Source: Lobosporangium transversale
Lineage: Eukaryota
DNA: 64,000 nt
Assembly: GCF_002105155.1 (NCBI RefSeq)
Contig: NW_019028982.1
Span: 930,001-994,000 of the forward strand
Direction of reading: 5' to 3'
Of this stretch, positions 42,778 through 54,847 are shown in pieces. Below the pieces are notes generated by a model. It worked only from the letters and a program-made list of their open reading frames with translations, searched no databases and was not told the origin of the DNA. The position numbers and the translations under genes are program-made. How positions within the stretch are numbered: the first letter of the stretch is position 1; each line of letters begins with the position of its first letter.

Positions 42778-44355
42778 ATGCGATTTGGCCTCAGTCGCAA
42801 GGCATTCAGAAATGAGCAACGAGACCGAAATCGTTCTGGAGGATATTTGTATCATGAAAATAGGTTATCAAAAATATCCAGCGAGAAGCTCCTTTACGAC
42901 AATTTAATGACTACCACTTCGACTCCAATAAGCTCTCAAACTCAGAAAGCGGTAGAGGGCAGCTGGAGCCCCACTCCGAACAGGCGTGTGCTGCCGAAAG
43001 CATTGATCAATCTAGGCGAAAGACTGTGCCGGACTTACCAACCACCAATCAATCGTCATGTGAAGGAAAAGAGTCAAGGCTATGATCAACATTATGTCTT
43101 CACCACTATGCTTAAAAGGATGCGGCGGAAGGATTGTGATGCTTTAGAAGAACCACGGGGGCAAAGGAGTCATCAGGACCTTGGACAACGCAACCCATTT
43201 CCACAAGTAATGACTAATGTACCACCCATATACGACGAGCGCCTTTATCCCCCATACGTTACAAGCAATATTGTAGCGCTTAAGCGTCAAGGGAAAGTAA
43301 ACTGGTCAGTAGAGTTGCCACAAGGGACAGTAAAGCCAAAATCTTTAGCATCATCGCTTTCATCAGTGACCCAATATGAAATGGAGCTAGAGAGCAACCT
43401 CAGTACTATCATTGACGACCATTCTACAGGGATTCCACCAGCCTTTGGCGGAGGCTCGGGCTCTGATGAATACATGCTTCGAAGGCATGAATATGGGGTG
43501 GAAGGCTACGACGAGGCTTTTGTTATATCTCTAGATGGGGCCTTTGAAAGAATTGGACAAGCGAATCCGGATGATTACATTGATGAAGATGCAAAACAGA
43601 GTGCCTTACCCGCGAGCCTTGCGTTTAAGAGTCCTGTGCTTGACTCCGTACCACTGGATAGTGGTTGTAAGGATGGCCAACAAAGCTCGATTAAAAAATA
43701 CTCAGGTGCCCTTACTATGACTAGAATCAATGGAAGTCAGCCTGACTACGACGACGTTGGTCATGGAGACAAAGATGATACATCACTCGACGATATCATA
43801 AAGCCTCTTGAAGGAAATGCCACGCCTATGCCAATCCTTGATCGATTTTCGAAAATTCAGCCATATATCTCTTTATTATACTCTCTCTCTGAGGTACCAG
43901 CTAGGTCTCATAAATTTTATTGGACGCCCTCAGGCTCAGATATAGCCATTGATGGCATGGATCTTGGCAGCTTTGATGATGCAAAGTCCCCGTTGAGTAG
44001 GGGAAGCGGTTCTTTAACAGCCGAAGCTGAGGGACTATATAATTTTGTATCAAGACGCTGGCAACACCAGAATTGTTCGTCCATGTCGTCATCTTCAATC
44101 TCATTCTTACCAAGGCCATCATCATTGTCTCCGTCGGACTCACCGCTACTACCTTTATTAAGAACAGTAAAGCCGTTCAAGACGTTGGCTGATAGAGATG
44201 ATGATTTCAAGATCTATCAAAGAGCAGTGCCGCAAGAGCATACTAAGATACCGACACTGGCTTCCTTTGCAGTTGACCTAATAACGTTTGCAGCAGTCTA
44301 TCGGATCGTGAAAGATCCAAGGATACGGATAGTGGATCGCTGGTCTACCAACTAA
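42778..44355 (+). CDS. Hypothetical protein (525 aa, largely disordered)
   Basis: Long uninterrupted ORF with no recognised motif. Confidence 0.55.
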   Translation: MRFGLSRKAFRNEQRDRNRSGGYLYHENRLSKISSEKLLYDNLMTTTSTPISSQTQKAVEGSWSPTPNRRVLPKALINLGERLCRTYQPPINRHVKEKSQGYDQHYVFTTMLKRMRRKDCDALEEPRGQRSHQDLGQRNPFPQVMTNVPPIYDERLYPPYVTSNIVALKRQGKVNWSVELPQGTVKPKSLASSLSSVTQYEMELESNLSTIIDDHSTGIPPAFGGGSGSDEYMLRRHEYGVEGYDEAFVISLDGAFERIGQANPDDYIDEDAKQSALPASLAFKSPVLDSVPLDSGCKDGQQSSIKKYSGALTMTRINGSQPDYDDVGHGDKDDTSLDDIIKPLEGNATPMPILDRFSKIQPYISLLYSLSEVPARSHKFYWTPSGSDIAIDGMDLGSFDDAKSPLSRGSGSLTAEAEGLYNFVSRRWQHQNCSSMSSSSISFLPRPSSLSPSDSPLLPLLRTVKPFKTLADRDDDFKIYQRAVPQEHTKIPTLASFAVDLITFAAVYRIVKDPRIRIVDRWSTN

Positions 44356-44736
44356 TTTTATCAAGAGTACCAACACTTTAAGGCACTCATCTGAGATAGA
44401 ATTGCTGCAAATAATTATCCATAAAAAAATAAAAATTATCGTGTTTGAGTCCATGAAGTAACTAAAGTTGCTTAGCAATCAATTGAGAATAGTATACAAA
44501 CAAGCAGTAAGTTTGCCAACTGATTAATTGAAGGGCCTTGATGGGAATTAACAATTGAAAACACTAATCATTTCATTGGGGGTTGCCTAATCATGTTGAA
44601 GCCCGATCACTAATCTCCTCCTGTTAGGAGAAGGTATGTATCGCTCATGTTTATTACTTCAAAGTCCAATACCATAGACTACAGCTGTATGCCTTTGCAT
44701 ATCAACAAAGAAAGTTACCTGCTAATAATAATAATA

Positions 44737-44768
<32 letters not shown>

Positions 44769-45366
44769 GGCTTCCCGTAAGATGGCCTTTGCCAGTTTAA
44801 TGGTGCCCTAAGAGCTTCACTTAATGCGATCTTGACTTGGCGAGAAGGCTTTTTAATGTATCCAGTGCTATTTCCTAAAAACAAAGAGTAATTCTATCGT
44901 TGGTAGTGAATTAATGCTTTTGTTATATATGTTCACTGCATTTTAACTTAGTAACTTCCATTGTTACTGTAACCCAAAATAGTGGAAATACTGCTTCATA
45001 ATATAGATGCCTCTGATTTTAGACACATATGATAGAAATGCAGATGGGATTCTAAAAAAAAGAGAAGGTAGTAGTGAAAATGAAAAATATAACAATGCTC
45101 CATCTGAAATATTAAGTACCTTACGTGTTCTTTAGCTTTCTGATGACTTGGAGCAATGATTCCACTGACGACTAAATTAAACAGGGTAGCATCAAGCCCG
45201 CATACCATATAGCATAATGCGAATCAATGGTAGCTGGTTTTGCAACTTCTCTATATGGGCGTAGACCTTTCATAAAGTTAATCTTAAGAAAAGTATTAAG
45301 TCGTACACAAACACTAGTGTAGAAAAGCACACAAGCGTATGGAGAAGGAACACATGCCCACATTCG

Positions 45367-45403
<37 letters not shown>

Positions 45404-45594
45404 TATTCAATTATATAATAACAAGATCAAAATAGAAGGCTCTCTCTCTCTTCTCTAAAATTGCGAGTTGGCCCACTTTTCCCATTCAGGGTTTTGTCCG
45501 AGGCCTAATAGAAAGAACTTGGCTTCTACAGCTGGAATTCAAATGGATCATTTTATCTTGAGAGCAGCAAGAGTTTATTTATTATTACAGGTTC

Positions 45595-45629
<35 letters not shown>

Positions 45630-45645
45630 AACCCATCAGTAGGTT

Positions 45646-45966
45646 CTATTGTCTGATGTAGGTCGTTGTAGCAGTACCATAGTCATAGCACCCCAAAAGC
45701 TGCTTGCCATACACTGCTTTGAACAGTTGTGCCTCTTGTGACGTTGTCTTTTGGCGGTGAATAGGGGTGTCAGTCGGGTAGTCAAAGGCAACATCAAGTC
45801 CAAATGATGAGGCATTCTCTGAAGTAAAGTTGGCACAGTCTGGAAAGTCAAATACGCAAATATCGTTGACAGTGGGCTGGTACAGCTGGATGTGAAGCGT
45901 GCAAATGGCTTGGATGGCACCGACACCGAGGGCGGAGATCAACAAGAGGGTCTTGATGGCTGACAT
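45646..45966 (-). CDS. Small secreted cysteine-containing protein
   Basis: Signal peptide MSAIKTLLLISALGVGAIQA, 4 Cys, upstream TATA-like TATAAAAAG. Confidence 0.6.
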   Translation of the reverse strand: MSAIKTLLLISALGVGAIQAICTLHIQLYQPTVNDICVFDFPDCANFTSENASSFGLDVAFDYPTDTPIHRQKTTSQEAQLFKAVYGKQLLGCYDYGTATTTYIRQ

Positions 45967-46893
45967 GACTGTGTGAGTGTGTATTGAGTCTTGGGTGTTG
46001 GGTGTATGTGTATGTGTATGTGTGTGGAGGACTGGCTAGCTTGCTTGACTTGTAGGAATGGCTGTTGTGATTTGGACAAGAACTAGTTGTATGGGACCTT
46101 TTTATAGAAAAGTTTGCAGAGGTGGGGTGGGATGTTCTGTTTGCAGGCGCAGTGTCTAATTGCAGGCGCAAGAAATCATAAATCAGGGCTCTTGGCGGGA
46201 CCTCGTTTTTTTTAACCTTTTTTGCTCTGTGTCTACTTTCAAACGTTCTTTTTAGGCCCTTATGCTTTATTTTGTCATGAGCATATTAGCATGTTCATAA
46301 ATGGATCCCAATTGTCTGTCAACTGTGCCTCCAGATTGTAACGCCCTGGAGACCTTTGGAGTTTAAAGGGGAAACCTTTTGGAGTTTAAAGGGAGCCCAT
46401 TTGTCTTGTGAAAAAAAATGTTCTCATTTCTCCCATCGCTGGTTGAAATAGTATGTAGCCATTGTTCCTATTGGCAGAAAACAAGGTTTGACAAAGTGAC
46501 AAAGTCGAAACCATTTTAAAGAATGAGCCAAATTATAAATGTCTATATGAGGACCCAATCGGACCACATTTGTGCGCAAGCTTTTTCCGACTTGAGCGTT
46601 GGATGCATGCAATTAAGAAACTTTGATTATATATATATATTCGTACATGTAAATACACTTCTGTGAAAAGCAATGTGAATGGGCTCCTCTGTTCTGGAAA
46701 CAGGTTTCTGTTTCATTTAAGGACATTTAGAACACTCAAATATATATGTATACATATAAAAGCAGGCGCTCTTCGCCCCTATAACAACCTTGCTTTTCAT
46801 CCTCTCTCTTTCTCATCCTCGCTAAGACTCTCACAAACACTCATACAGCTACACGTTCTTCAGAAAAGCAATACAAGAATACAAGAATACAAG

Positions 46894-47352
46894 ATGCATT
46901 CAAAGTCCTATATCACACTTTTAGCCTTGGTCCTGGTCCTGCTCGTTGGCTCTTCCATGGTCCATGCTGCCTCTAACATGTGCCAAGGGTGCGTGGATGA
47001 TATGGCACACGCAGTTCCAGGCTGTAATGGGATCGATACCTCGAAGCAAGCATCCTTCAATGAACTTTCCAATAAAGAGCAGCAGTGCTTTTGCAACCTT
47101 GGCAAGGATGTCTCCTTCCTCGCGAAATGTGATGCTCTGTGTCCACCCGGCAATATTGAGGCCGTCCAGACAAGTCTTCAAGCGGCATATTCGGTCTACT
47201 GCAACAACACCAAGTTTGAAAATGGTGGGACAAGCGCAGAGGGAAGCTCTAATGGCTCTGGCCTCTCAGCCTTGTCTTCACCATCATCGGCTTCCGTCAT
47301 GTATGCGATCACCGCAGTTGTGCTCGCTGCTGTTGCATTAGTGCCTGTTTAG
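46894..47352 (+). CDS. Secreted, probably GPI-anchored, Cys-rich cell-surface protein
   Basis: Signal peptide MHSKSYITLLALVLVLLVG, Cys-rich domain, Ser/Gly linker and hydrophobic C-terminus. TATAAAA upstream. Confidence 0.7.
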   Translation: MHSKSYITLLALVLVLLVGSSMVHAASNMCQGCVDDMAHAVPGCNGIDTSKQASFNELSNKEQQCFCNLGKDVSFLAKCDALCPPGNIEAVQTSLQAAYSVYCNNTKFENGGTSAEGSSNGSGLSALSSPSSASVMYAITAVVLAAVALVPV

Positions 47353-47939
47353 ACAAAGAACAGAGAGAGTCTTTATACACAATAAACACATACACACATA
47401 CATGTATTAGGCGTCAAAGAGTAAAAGGATGTCTCATATAAAGAATGACCTACCCAAGAAATCATGCATGGATATTCAGCAAATAAACAAGAATGCAAGA
47501 ATAGCAAAATGGTGTCTGTTGGACAATGTAAACACTTTAAGGTTTGGTGGTAAATGAGGTGCAAACATTTTGATGATGACTGACATGAGGATTGGAGCTG
47601 TGTGTCACCAAGGAGTACCCACCATCCCGCCTAGTGCAGGTTGCTGGTTCACACAGCAAGATAGTGCTTACTTTGAGTATTGCTCCATGGGTGCTCCTCA
47701 TTTATACTTGTGCAGGAGACAATAGAAGTGCTTCCATGGTGAAGAGTCCAAGGAAGTGCTTCTCAATATATATATATATATATATTGAAGCCTCTCTTCC
47801 AAAGCCAGTTGTTCATAACATAACAATAGGCACCAGAACCCCTCATTTTCGGGGCAGTACATTAATAAGTTCACCCTCCTATCATCTAAGCAATGCCGCC
47901 TCTACTAAATTTTCAATTTTCGAGACTGCATTTTAAAGC

Positions 47940-48384
47940 TTTTTTTTTTTTTTTTTTTGTGTGAATACTTTTTATTAAGAGATTGCTTGCTATCTAGCTA
48001 TCTAGCTTACCTGGTTATTATCCTAAGCTACAAGAAGCCAGACTCTTAGCCACCTTGGAAAGCGCTTTTCTTTGTCACCATCGAAAAGACTCTCCAAGAT
48101 GTTGTCCGGAGCACACCACGTGGAGGTGGTCTGGCATATCGTGCTCCGTTGGTCAGGCCCCATGGCCTTGCAAACGCCCGCACACACACACATTTATTAA
48201 CCCATTCCCATCCCCATCCCCATTCCCTTTCCCATTCTGGACCGAAGGGCTCCGCCATCGCAAGGCTCGTTAAAGAACCAGCTCAGGCTCATGCCCGTTC
48301 GGACCTACCTTAGATATGCATTGGTTATTGCACCTTGGATGTGCATTGTTGCTATGTTAAAGAGTGCTTTGTGTTGTGTTAGTA

Positions 48385-48416
<32 letters not shown>

Positions 48417-50790
48417 GGCTTTCTTATGTTTTTAATTGGTTTTTTTTTTTCTTTTTTTCTTTTTTCTTTTTTCTTTTTTCTTCTTTCTGATATGAGATCT
48501 TTTTTTTTACTTTTCTTTTTTGGGGCTTTTATTGAGTCTTTTTTTTTGGTTTTTTTTTTCTTTGGTTAATTTTTTTTTAATTGTGTTTTTTCTTTGGGTT
48601 ATTTTTTTTTTTCTTTGGTTTTTTTGGTTTATTTTTTTGGTTTTTTTCTTTGGTTTTTTTCTTTGGTTTTTTTCTTTGGTTTTTTTCTTTGGTTTTTTTC
48701 TTTCTTTTTCTTTTCTTTGGATTTTTTTTTTTTTTTTTTTTGGTTTCTTTTTTTTCTTTGGATTTTTTTCTTTTTTTTTTTTTTGATTTAGTTTTTTTTT
48801 TTTTTTTCTTTTTTTTTTTTTTTTTCTTTTTTTTTTGAGGCATTTGTTTCCGGAGGCGTTTGTTTTTTGCCTGGATGGACTGTTCGGCCTCTCTTTGGTT
48901 TCACCCTTCGCCTAGTGGCGTCGAGCTTCGGTACCAGTGCCTTCCAGACCACGCTGTGGGAAGTGGTCTGGTTGCTATGATTTAGGATTATTCGTGAAGC
49001 CTTGACCATCATCCCAAGATGGGGTGGGCTGGCTATACGGCCGTGGAGAAGGTCTGTTCGTTTGACTGCGGCAGACTGGCCTTTGTACGAGGCCGTTTAG
49101 AGCGTGGCTGTTTAGAGCGTGGCCATCTGGAGCGTGGCCGTCTGGAGCGTGGCCATCTGGAGCGTGGCCAGTTGAATACGGCTTTTCGTTGGAGTGCAGC
49201 CGTTCGAGTATGGGCGCCTGAGTGTGGCAGCCTGGCTGTGCGTTATGAAGCCCCAGTTGCTTTAGCCAGCTTCATGTCGTTGCAGTCTAATCGTGGAATG
49301 AAAAGAGAGACACAAGCAGAAAATAAATAATCAGAACAAGGACAGTGAAGCACAGAGTGACAGTGTTGAGAACTTCAGTAAGAGTGATTGTTTAGGGAGT
49401 GTTGCTTACCTTTTTGTCTTGGTTGAGGAGGCCGATGGTCGAGGAGACCGAGGAGAAAGAGAAGAGAAAAGAAGAAAAAAGAAGAGAGTCAAAATTAGTC
49501 CTTTTTATATTGGTTTCTTATTATTATTATTTACGTTCGCGCAAGAAGAGGAGAAGGGCCGAGGAGTGATTGGTGTTCAAAAGCGCGCTGTACTAAGTAC
49601 CTTGCTTGCTGTACGCTCAAGAGCGACCAATAAAAGATAAGCAACAATTTAAAAAGATAAACAACAATATAAAAAGATAAAAAATAAATAAATATACGTG
49701 TCTTTGATGTCATCTGTCATATTTCATATGATAAAGAAGAGACTCTCACGATTGAAAGTGGGAATAATGCTCTGTCCTCAAGACTCATAAGGAAAACCTG
49801 TCTATAAACAACCAGAGCATGGACTGTATTGCTCTCGAGCTTGTTTACTCTTATTGATAAAGGAGATTATCTTCTTTATCCTCTTCTTCTATTTCCTTTC
49901 TTCACTCCTAACAAGAGATGGGATAGACTGTCGTTGGACCTGTACTTTGGCAGCTTGCCGTTTTTCCAGAGTGTGGTGGAAAATAACACATGACATTCGT
50001 AAGAATACCTCTGCGCCTTTTTTTTTTTTTATTTTTATTTTTTATTTTCATGCAATACAATGTAGAATACATTAAGATTTGAAGGTGAAACAAAGTATCA
50101 ACGTTTATATATCGACCAGTAAAAAGCACACGATCGTATCGAGGAAATGACGTGTCGTATCTCTTTGGCTCTTTGAAAAGGAAAATAAGGAAAAGAAAAA
50201 AAGGAAAAAAGTCTGTTTGAACAAAAACTGCCGCAGCACAGTTCCCACGACAATGCATCCTATTCTTTGTTAAGGATGAAGAGAAAGAATGGGAGAAGAG
50301 AGTCAAATAGCAAACTCTACTGACAGTACCTGATGAACCCCATTGCTAAAGAAAAAAAGGTACTCGAGCTTAATGCTGGCGAAAAATGGGAGTATGCGAG
50401 TGTTGATAAGCTTGTGCTCTGAATCCTGTCCTTTTACTTTAGTCGCGTCACATCGCTCACTGTTTTCCTTTCTCTCTTTGTTGCACACCATACAAAGAGA
50501 GCATTGTGGCTCGTGCTCTTGTTGTTGTATGTATATATGACCCTGCATATCTTTGAGGATGGTTATCCCTCCACCTGTAAGAGTTTTCTCTTTCTCCACC
50601 TTGCGAGCATATGAAAATTGACGGATGATATCACAGATGCGCAGATTATCCATTTTCAATTCCCGCTACGCCGCTTTCTTTTTTATTTTATTTTATTTTA
50701 TTTTATTTATTTTAATATATTTTATTTATTTTAATATATTTTATTTATTTTAATATATTTTATTTATTTTAATATATTTTATTTTATTTT
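47940..50790 (-). repeat. Copy 3 of ribozyme-bearing repeat
   Basis: Same orientation as copy 1. Homology starts ~47968, preceded by a T19 run (47940-47958), and ends in the AT array abutting the DIRS element. Confidence 0.95.
48037..48147 (-). ncRNA. HDV-like self-cleaving ribozyme (copy 3)
   Basis: Sequence identical to 387-497, so the same double-pseudoknot pairing applies. Confidence 0.85.
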
Positions 50791-50950
50791 ATTATCCTCG
50801 TAGCCATGGTCCATATGTGTGACCTCTTTTTATTCCTTCTGACCGAGAAAAAACTAAAAATAAAATAAATAAAATCTAGCGTTCGCTCTGATCTACTCTC
50901 TATCTTCTTTTTTCTCGCTCAGGAACACATCCAGCGTATTGAAGTTCCAA

Positions 50951-51875
50951 ATGAGCGAGTATGACACTTCTGATCCAATTATACACTCTCTCCAGAGCCA
51001 GCTGGCTACACTCACCAGCCGGCTTGAAGCTCTCTCGACTAGCTCTGAATCCAGTCGATCGAACCCCTACTTGGTTCCAAAAGAACCAGCTTACGAAATT
51101 ACACCTGACGACTCCATTCTCGTCCACTACCCAGCAATGGACGGGAAAGATTTTTTCAAACATAAATCTGGAAACCGTGCAGACGATCTTGCATATGCAA
51201 CAGAAATGGCTAAAGAGATGCAGTCTTTTGCCAAAAACACAACCCAAACCTATTCTGCACCCAAATCGGCACTCATTGACTGGCCCGACTCTTCCTCTCA
51301 CCACAGTTCCACGGACAAAACAATCTCACGCTATCAATCACGATTGGCAAACCTTACAAGACCACTTGATCAATTTGCCACGGAAATGTTTTCCTACGAA
51401 GTTGACCCTGCGGTCGCACAAGCGTGTTTACAGCTCGCACAGACAATGCGTGAACATATTGCACACCTTGCACAGCAAATGTCAAGCGACAGGGAGGACC
51501 TTGTTTACCAAAGCGCACAAAATTTCAGTCACCAAGGACACAGTTGATCCACCAATTGTCTCTACTTCAGACTTCATTGAAGCCAGCAAATTGGCAAAGA
51601 GTGTTCGTCAGGCTACTAACCCGACAAGACAACGGGCGTACAACAGGAGGACTCAAAACCGGAGTTTCTTTAGCGCAAATACTTACAGACCCACTTCTAA
51701 TTCTAGCCAATCTCATCCATCGGGTCAAACTCAGACCGCCCACTATCAAAATGACAATGGTTCTTTTTTTGGGCGAGGCCAAAATCCAAGGAGAGGGGGA
51801 CGAGGCCGAGGCCGAGGCTACCAAACCCCTCAATCCAACCAGACAAGTCAGGCACAGACTGCAGGCCAGCAGTAG
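50951..51875 (+). CDS. DIRS gag-like protein (frameshift near 51508)
   Basis: MSEYDTSD...DLVY continues as KAHKISVTK... in the other frame (extra C in TTACCAAAG). RGG-rich C-terminus. Confidence 0.75.
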
Positions 51876-53743
51876 GTGGCCGTTTACAGATTTACAGAGA
51901 AGCATGGGCTCTCATAACCGACAACGAATGGGTCAAGTCGGTCGTCTCCGAGGGATTCAAAATCCCTTTCCACAAACGGCCACCGATATCCAGTTCAACA
52001 GCGTACCAAGCTCGAGTAGCAGCGGAGGAAGAGAAGGCGATCGATCAAGAGGTAATCGCACTCTTAGCCAAAAGAGCAATAGAGGTCGCTTCGGGCCCTG
52101 GTTTCAAGAGCCGAATATTCACTATCCCCAAGAAAACCGGGGACATTCGTCCAGTCTTAAATCTAAGACCGTTGAATGCCTACGTCTCAGAGCGGCACTT
52201 CAAAATGGAGACGATGACGACAGTATGCGCAATGTTACAGAAGAACGACTTTATGACAAGCATCGACCTATCAGACGCATTTCTTCACGTACTAATCCAT
52301 CCAGATTATCGTCATTATCTACAGTTCCAATGGAAGAACCGGAAATTTCAATTCCGTACACTTCCCTTCGGGCTCTCACTCTCTCCGCTAGTGTTCACCA
52401 AAGTTCTCAAGCCTTTCCTCAAATGGGCACGACGACGAGGAATTCGCATATCAGCGTACCTAGACGATTTGATAATCCTAGCCAAGAACAAAGAACAATC
52501 AATCCAGTTCACTCAACTAGTGCAAGACAAGTTGGCAGCGCTAGGATTCCTCATCAAGGAAGCCAAGTCTACGTTGATCCCGTCACAGAAAATAGACCAT
52601 TTAGGCTTCACCATCAACTCCCGGGATATGACTGTCACAGTTCCGAAATCCAAAGTCAGGGACATACGGCGCGAGGCAGGAAAGCTACTACGAAAAGGCG
52701 CCACTTCTTTAAGGGAACTTTCTTCGTTCGTCGGGAAAGCAATGGCAACATCTATGGCAGTGTTCCCAGCGCGATTCATGACACGGAATCTGCTTCACCT
52801 CAAGAACACAGCACTAAAAGCCAAGGGAGCTTCTTGGTCGGACACGGTCACCCTCACGGAACCAGCCAAGGAGAACCTTCAATGGTGGAAGGAGCAATTG
52901 ACGTCATGGAATGGTCTGTCATGGATTCAACAACAGACACAAATGGACATATACACGGATGCATCGGACACCGGATGGGGGATCGTGATCAACAATCAAA
53001 CATGGAGTGGCAAATGGACTCCACAAGAGAAAGACCACCACATCAACTGGAAGGAACTACAGACAGTTCTTCGAGCTGTTCAACTACCAATAACACAGGG
53101 CAAAATGATCAACATCATATGCGACAACACGACAACGATTGCACACATCAACAGGTTCGGAGGGACGAGGTCTCCGGAACTAATGAGACTAGCGGACACG
53201 TTATGGCGTCACTGCCTAGCAACGGGGACTCGACTTCGGACGACATACATCCCATCTGCATTCAACCCAGCGGATGCACCGTCACGGCGAATGATATCGC
53301 AATTGGAATGGAGGATCAGTCGCCCATTCTTTCAACAACTGGAACACCAATGGGGGCCACATCAGGTGGACCTATTTGCGTCGGCACAGAACAAACAGCT
53401 ACCGACATTTGTCTCATGGAAATTCCATCCAGATGCTCTGAAGATAGACGCCCTTCAACACAACTGGACAGAGATGGGCAACCTTTACATTTGCCCCCCA
53501 TGGAATCTTCTATCAATCATCTTGGAGAGGATACAGACCCAGAAACTGACAGCAACAGTAATAACCCCATGGTGGCCGAGTGCAATATGGTTCCCAACCA
53601 TCAAGGAGATGGCAGTAGCACCACCAATCCCGATCCCTCGGGAAGCAGTCCTACCAGCCGTCGGAAGCGCAAGCGATCTCCTCAGCAAGAATCCACTCTG
53701 GTCATTGACAGCATGGAGAATAAGAGGCGACGTAAAGATCTAG
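51872..53743 (+). CDS. DIRS reverse transcriptase - RNase H - adenine-methyltransferase-like polyprotein
   Basis: VGGRL start motif at 51872, IDLSDAF, LPFGL, YLDD, YTDAS..GWG, HINWKEL, DN, NPADAPSR, VDLFAS, YICPPW. No in-frame ATG at the start. Confidence 0.92.
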   Translation, partial: VGGRLQIYREAWALITDNEWVKSVVSEGFKIPFHKRPPISSSTAYQARVAAEEEKAIDQEVIALLAKRAIEVASGPGFKSRIFTIPKKTGDIRPVLNLRPLNAYVSERHFKMETMTTVCAMLQKNDFMTSIDLSDAFLHVLIHPDYRHYLQFQWKNRKFQFRTLPFGLSLSPLVFTKVLKPFLKWARRRGIRISAYLDDLIILAKNKEQSIQFTQLVQDKLAALGFLIKEAKSTLIPSQKIDHLGFTINSRDMTVTVPKSKVRDIRREAGKLLRKGATSLRELSSFVGKAMATSMAVFPARFMTRNLLHLKNTALKAKGASWSDTVTLTEPAKENLQWWKEQLTSWNGLSWIQQQTQMDIYTDASDTGWGIVINNQTWSGKWTPQEKDHHINWKELQTVLRAVQLPITQGKMINIICDNTTTIAHINRFGGTRSPELMRLADTLWRHCLATGTRLRTTYIPSAFNPADAPSRRMISQLEWRISRPFFQQLEHQWGPHQVDLFASAQNKQLPTFVSWKFHPDALKIDALQHNWTEMGNLYICPPWNLLSIILERIQTQKLTATVITPWWPSAIWFPTIKEMAVAPPIPIPREAVLPAVGSASDLLSKNPLWSLTAWRIRGDVKI

Positions 53744-54716
53744 ATGCAGGACTCTCACCATCCGCTATCACTCTACTAGATTCAGCAGGTGCCAACAGCA
53801 AAACACGTCGACAATATCTGCCAACTCAAGAGGCTTTCGCAGTATGGGCTCAACAAGAAGGCTTCGACCCTAGTACGCCAAATGCAATTGCTGTAGTTAA
53901 CTATTTATGCCATGCGCGGATTATCTATTCTTGGAGTAGGAATACCACTCTTAACAAAAAATCAGCCATCTTAAAGCTTTACGACGACACATCCGTGATC
54001 ACAGGCAATATCTACTTTCAGCGGTTCATGGCAGCAATGAAAAGTACTGGCGTATTTCAAATGGAGCACGTATCCGCACTCGACATTTCACCCATCCTTT
54101 CATACTTCCGCATGGAGGACAATGTGGATCTTGATATGCCTAAGCTCTCTCGCAAGCTCTGCTGGCTCTTAGGCGTTTGTGCGTTTCTCCGGCCAGATGA
54201 TATCGGTTGCATTGATGTGTCAAAGTCAGATATCAATGAAAGGGTCTTCTCCTTACCATAGTCTTCCCTAAGGAACGGCGCGATGGGCAGCGCATCATAA
54301 AGTCGATCTTCGTAGGTAGACACCCTAACGACAAGAAAATTTGCCCAGTCGAGGCCTATACAGAATACACCAGACGGATAGCGGACACACCTCTCGAAAT
54401 CGAGCACCACAAAGATCAGGATTATAAATTCAATCCTCTTATGCGTTTTGTGAAAGACAAGTCCAAAGTCCTTAGGGTCAGTACCATAGGCACTTTTATG
54501 AATGAAATCACACGTCGGATTCCAAATCTTCCGTCGAAACGGCCTCCTCCAAAGCCACGCGCTATAGGATCAACCTTGGCAGCCATCGCTGGCGTATCAA
54601 CCCAAGATATCATGGTTCAAGGGAATTGGTCGTCTGACAAGGTTTTCAACAAACACTACCGTGTTTCCCGCAAAACCCATTCAAATTTGACGACATCGGT
54701 TTTTGGTTCGCTCTGA
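53715..54716 (+). CDS. DIRS tyrosine recombinase (frameshift near 54252)
   Basis: FLRPDD (R), FPKE (K), ICPVEA, KPRAIGST (xxxR), GNW and HYR (Y). The N-terminal half lies at the end of the 905-aa ORF that overlaps the RT frame. Confidence 0.85.
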
Positions 54717-54719
54717 AGT

Positions 54720-54810
54720 CACATATGGACCATGGCTACGAGGATAATGATCTGGAAGTGCTACGAAGGACGCACTATCCTCATTATCAGAGTAGCCATG
54801 GGACATATGT
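54720..54810 (+). other. DIRS internal complementary region (ICR)
   Basis: CACATATGGACCATGGCTACGAGGATAAT is the reverse complement of the left terminus. GATCTGGAAGTGCTACG...GGGACATATGT is the reverse complement of the right terminus. Confidence 0.93.
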
Positions 54811-54847
54811 CCCTCCCACACCTCCCTTTTCTTTTCACTCGTTACTA

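Noticed and set aside
54720..54810. Independent viroid-like rod or ribozyme
   Set aside because: Self-complementarity is fully explained by the DIRS ICR copying both inverted termini.
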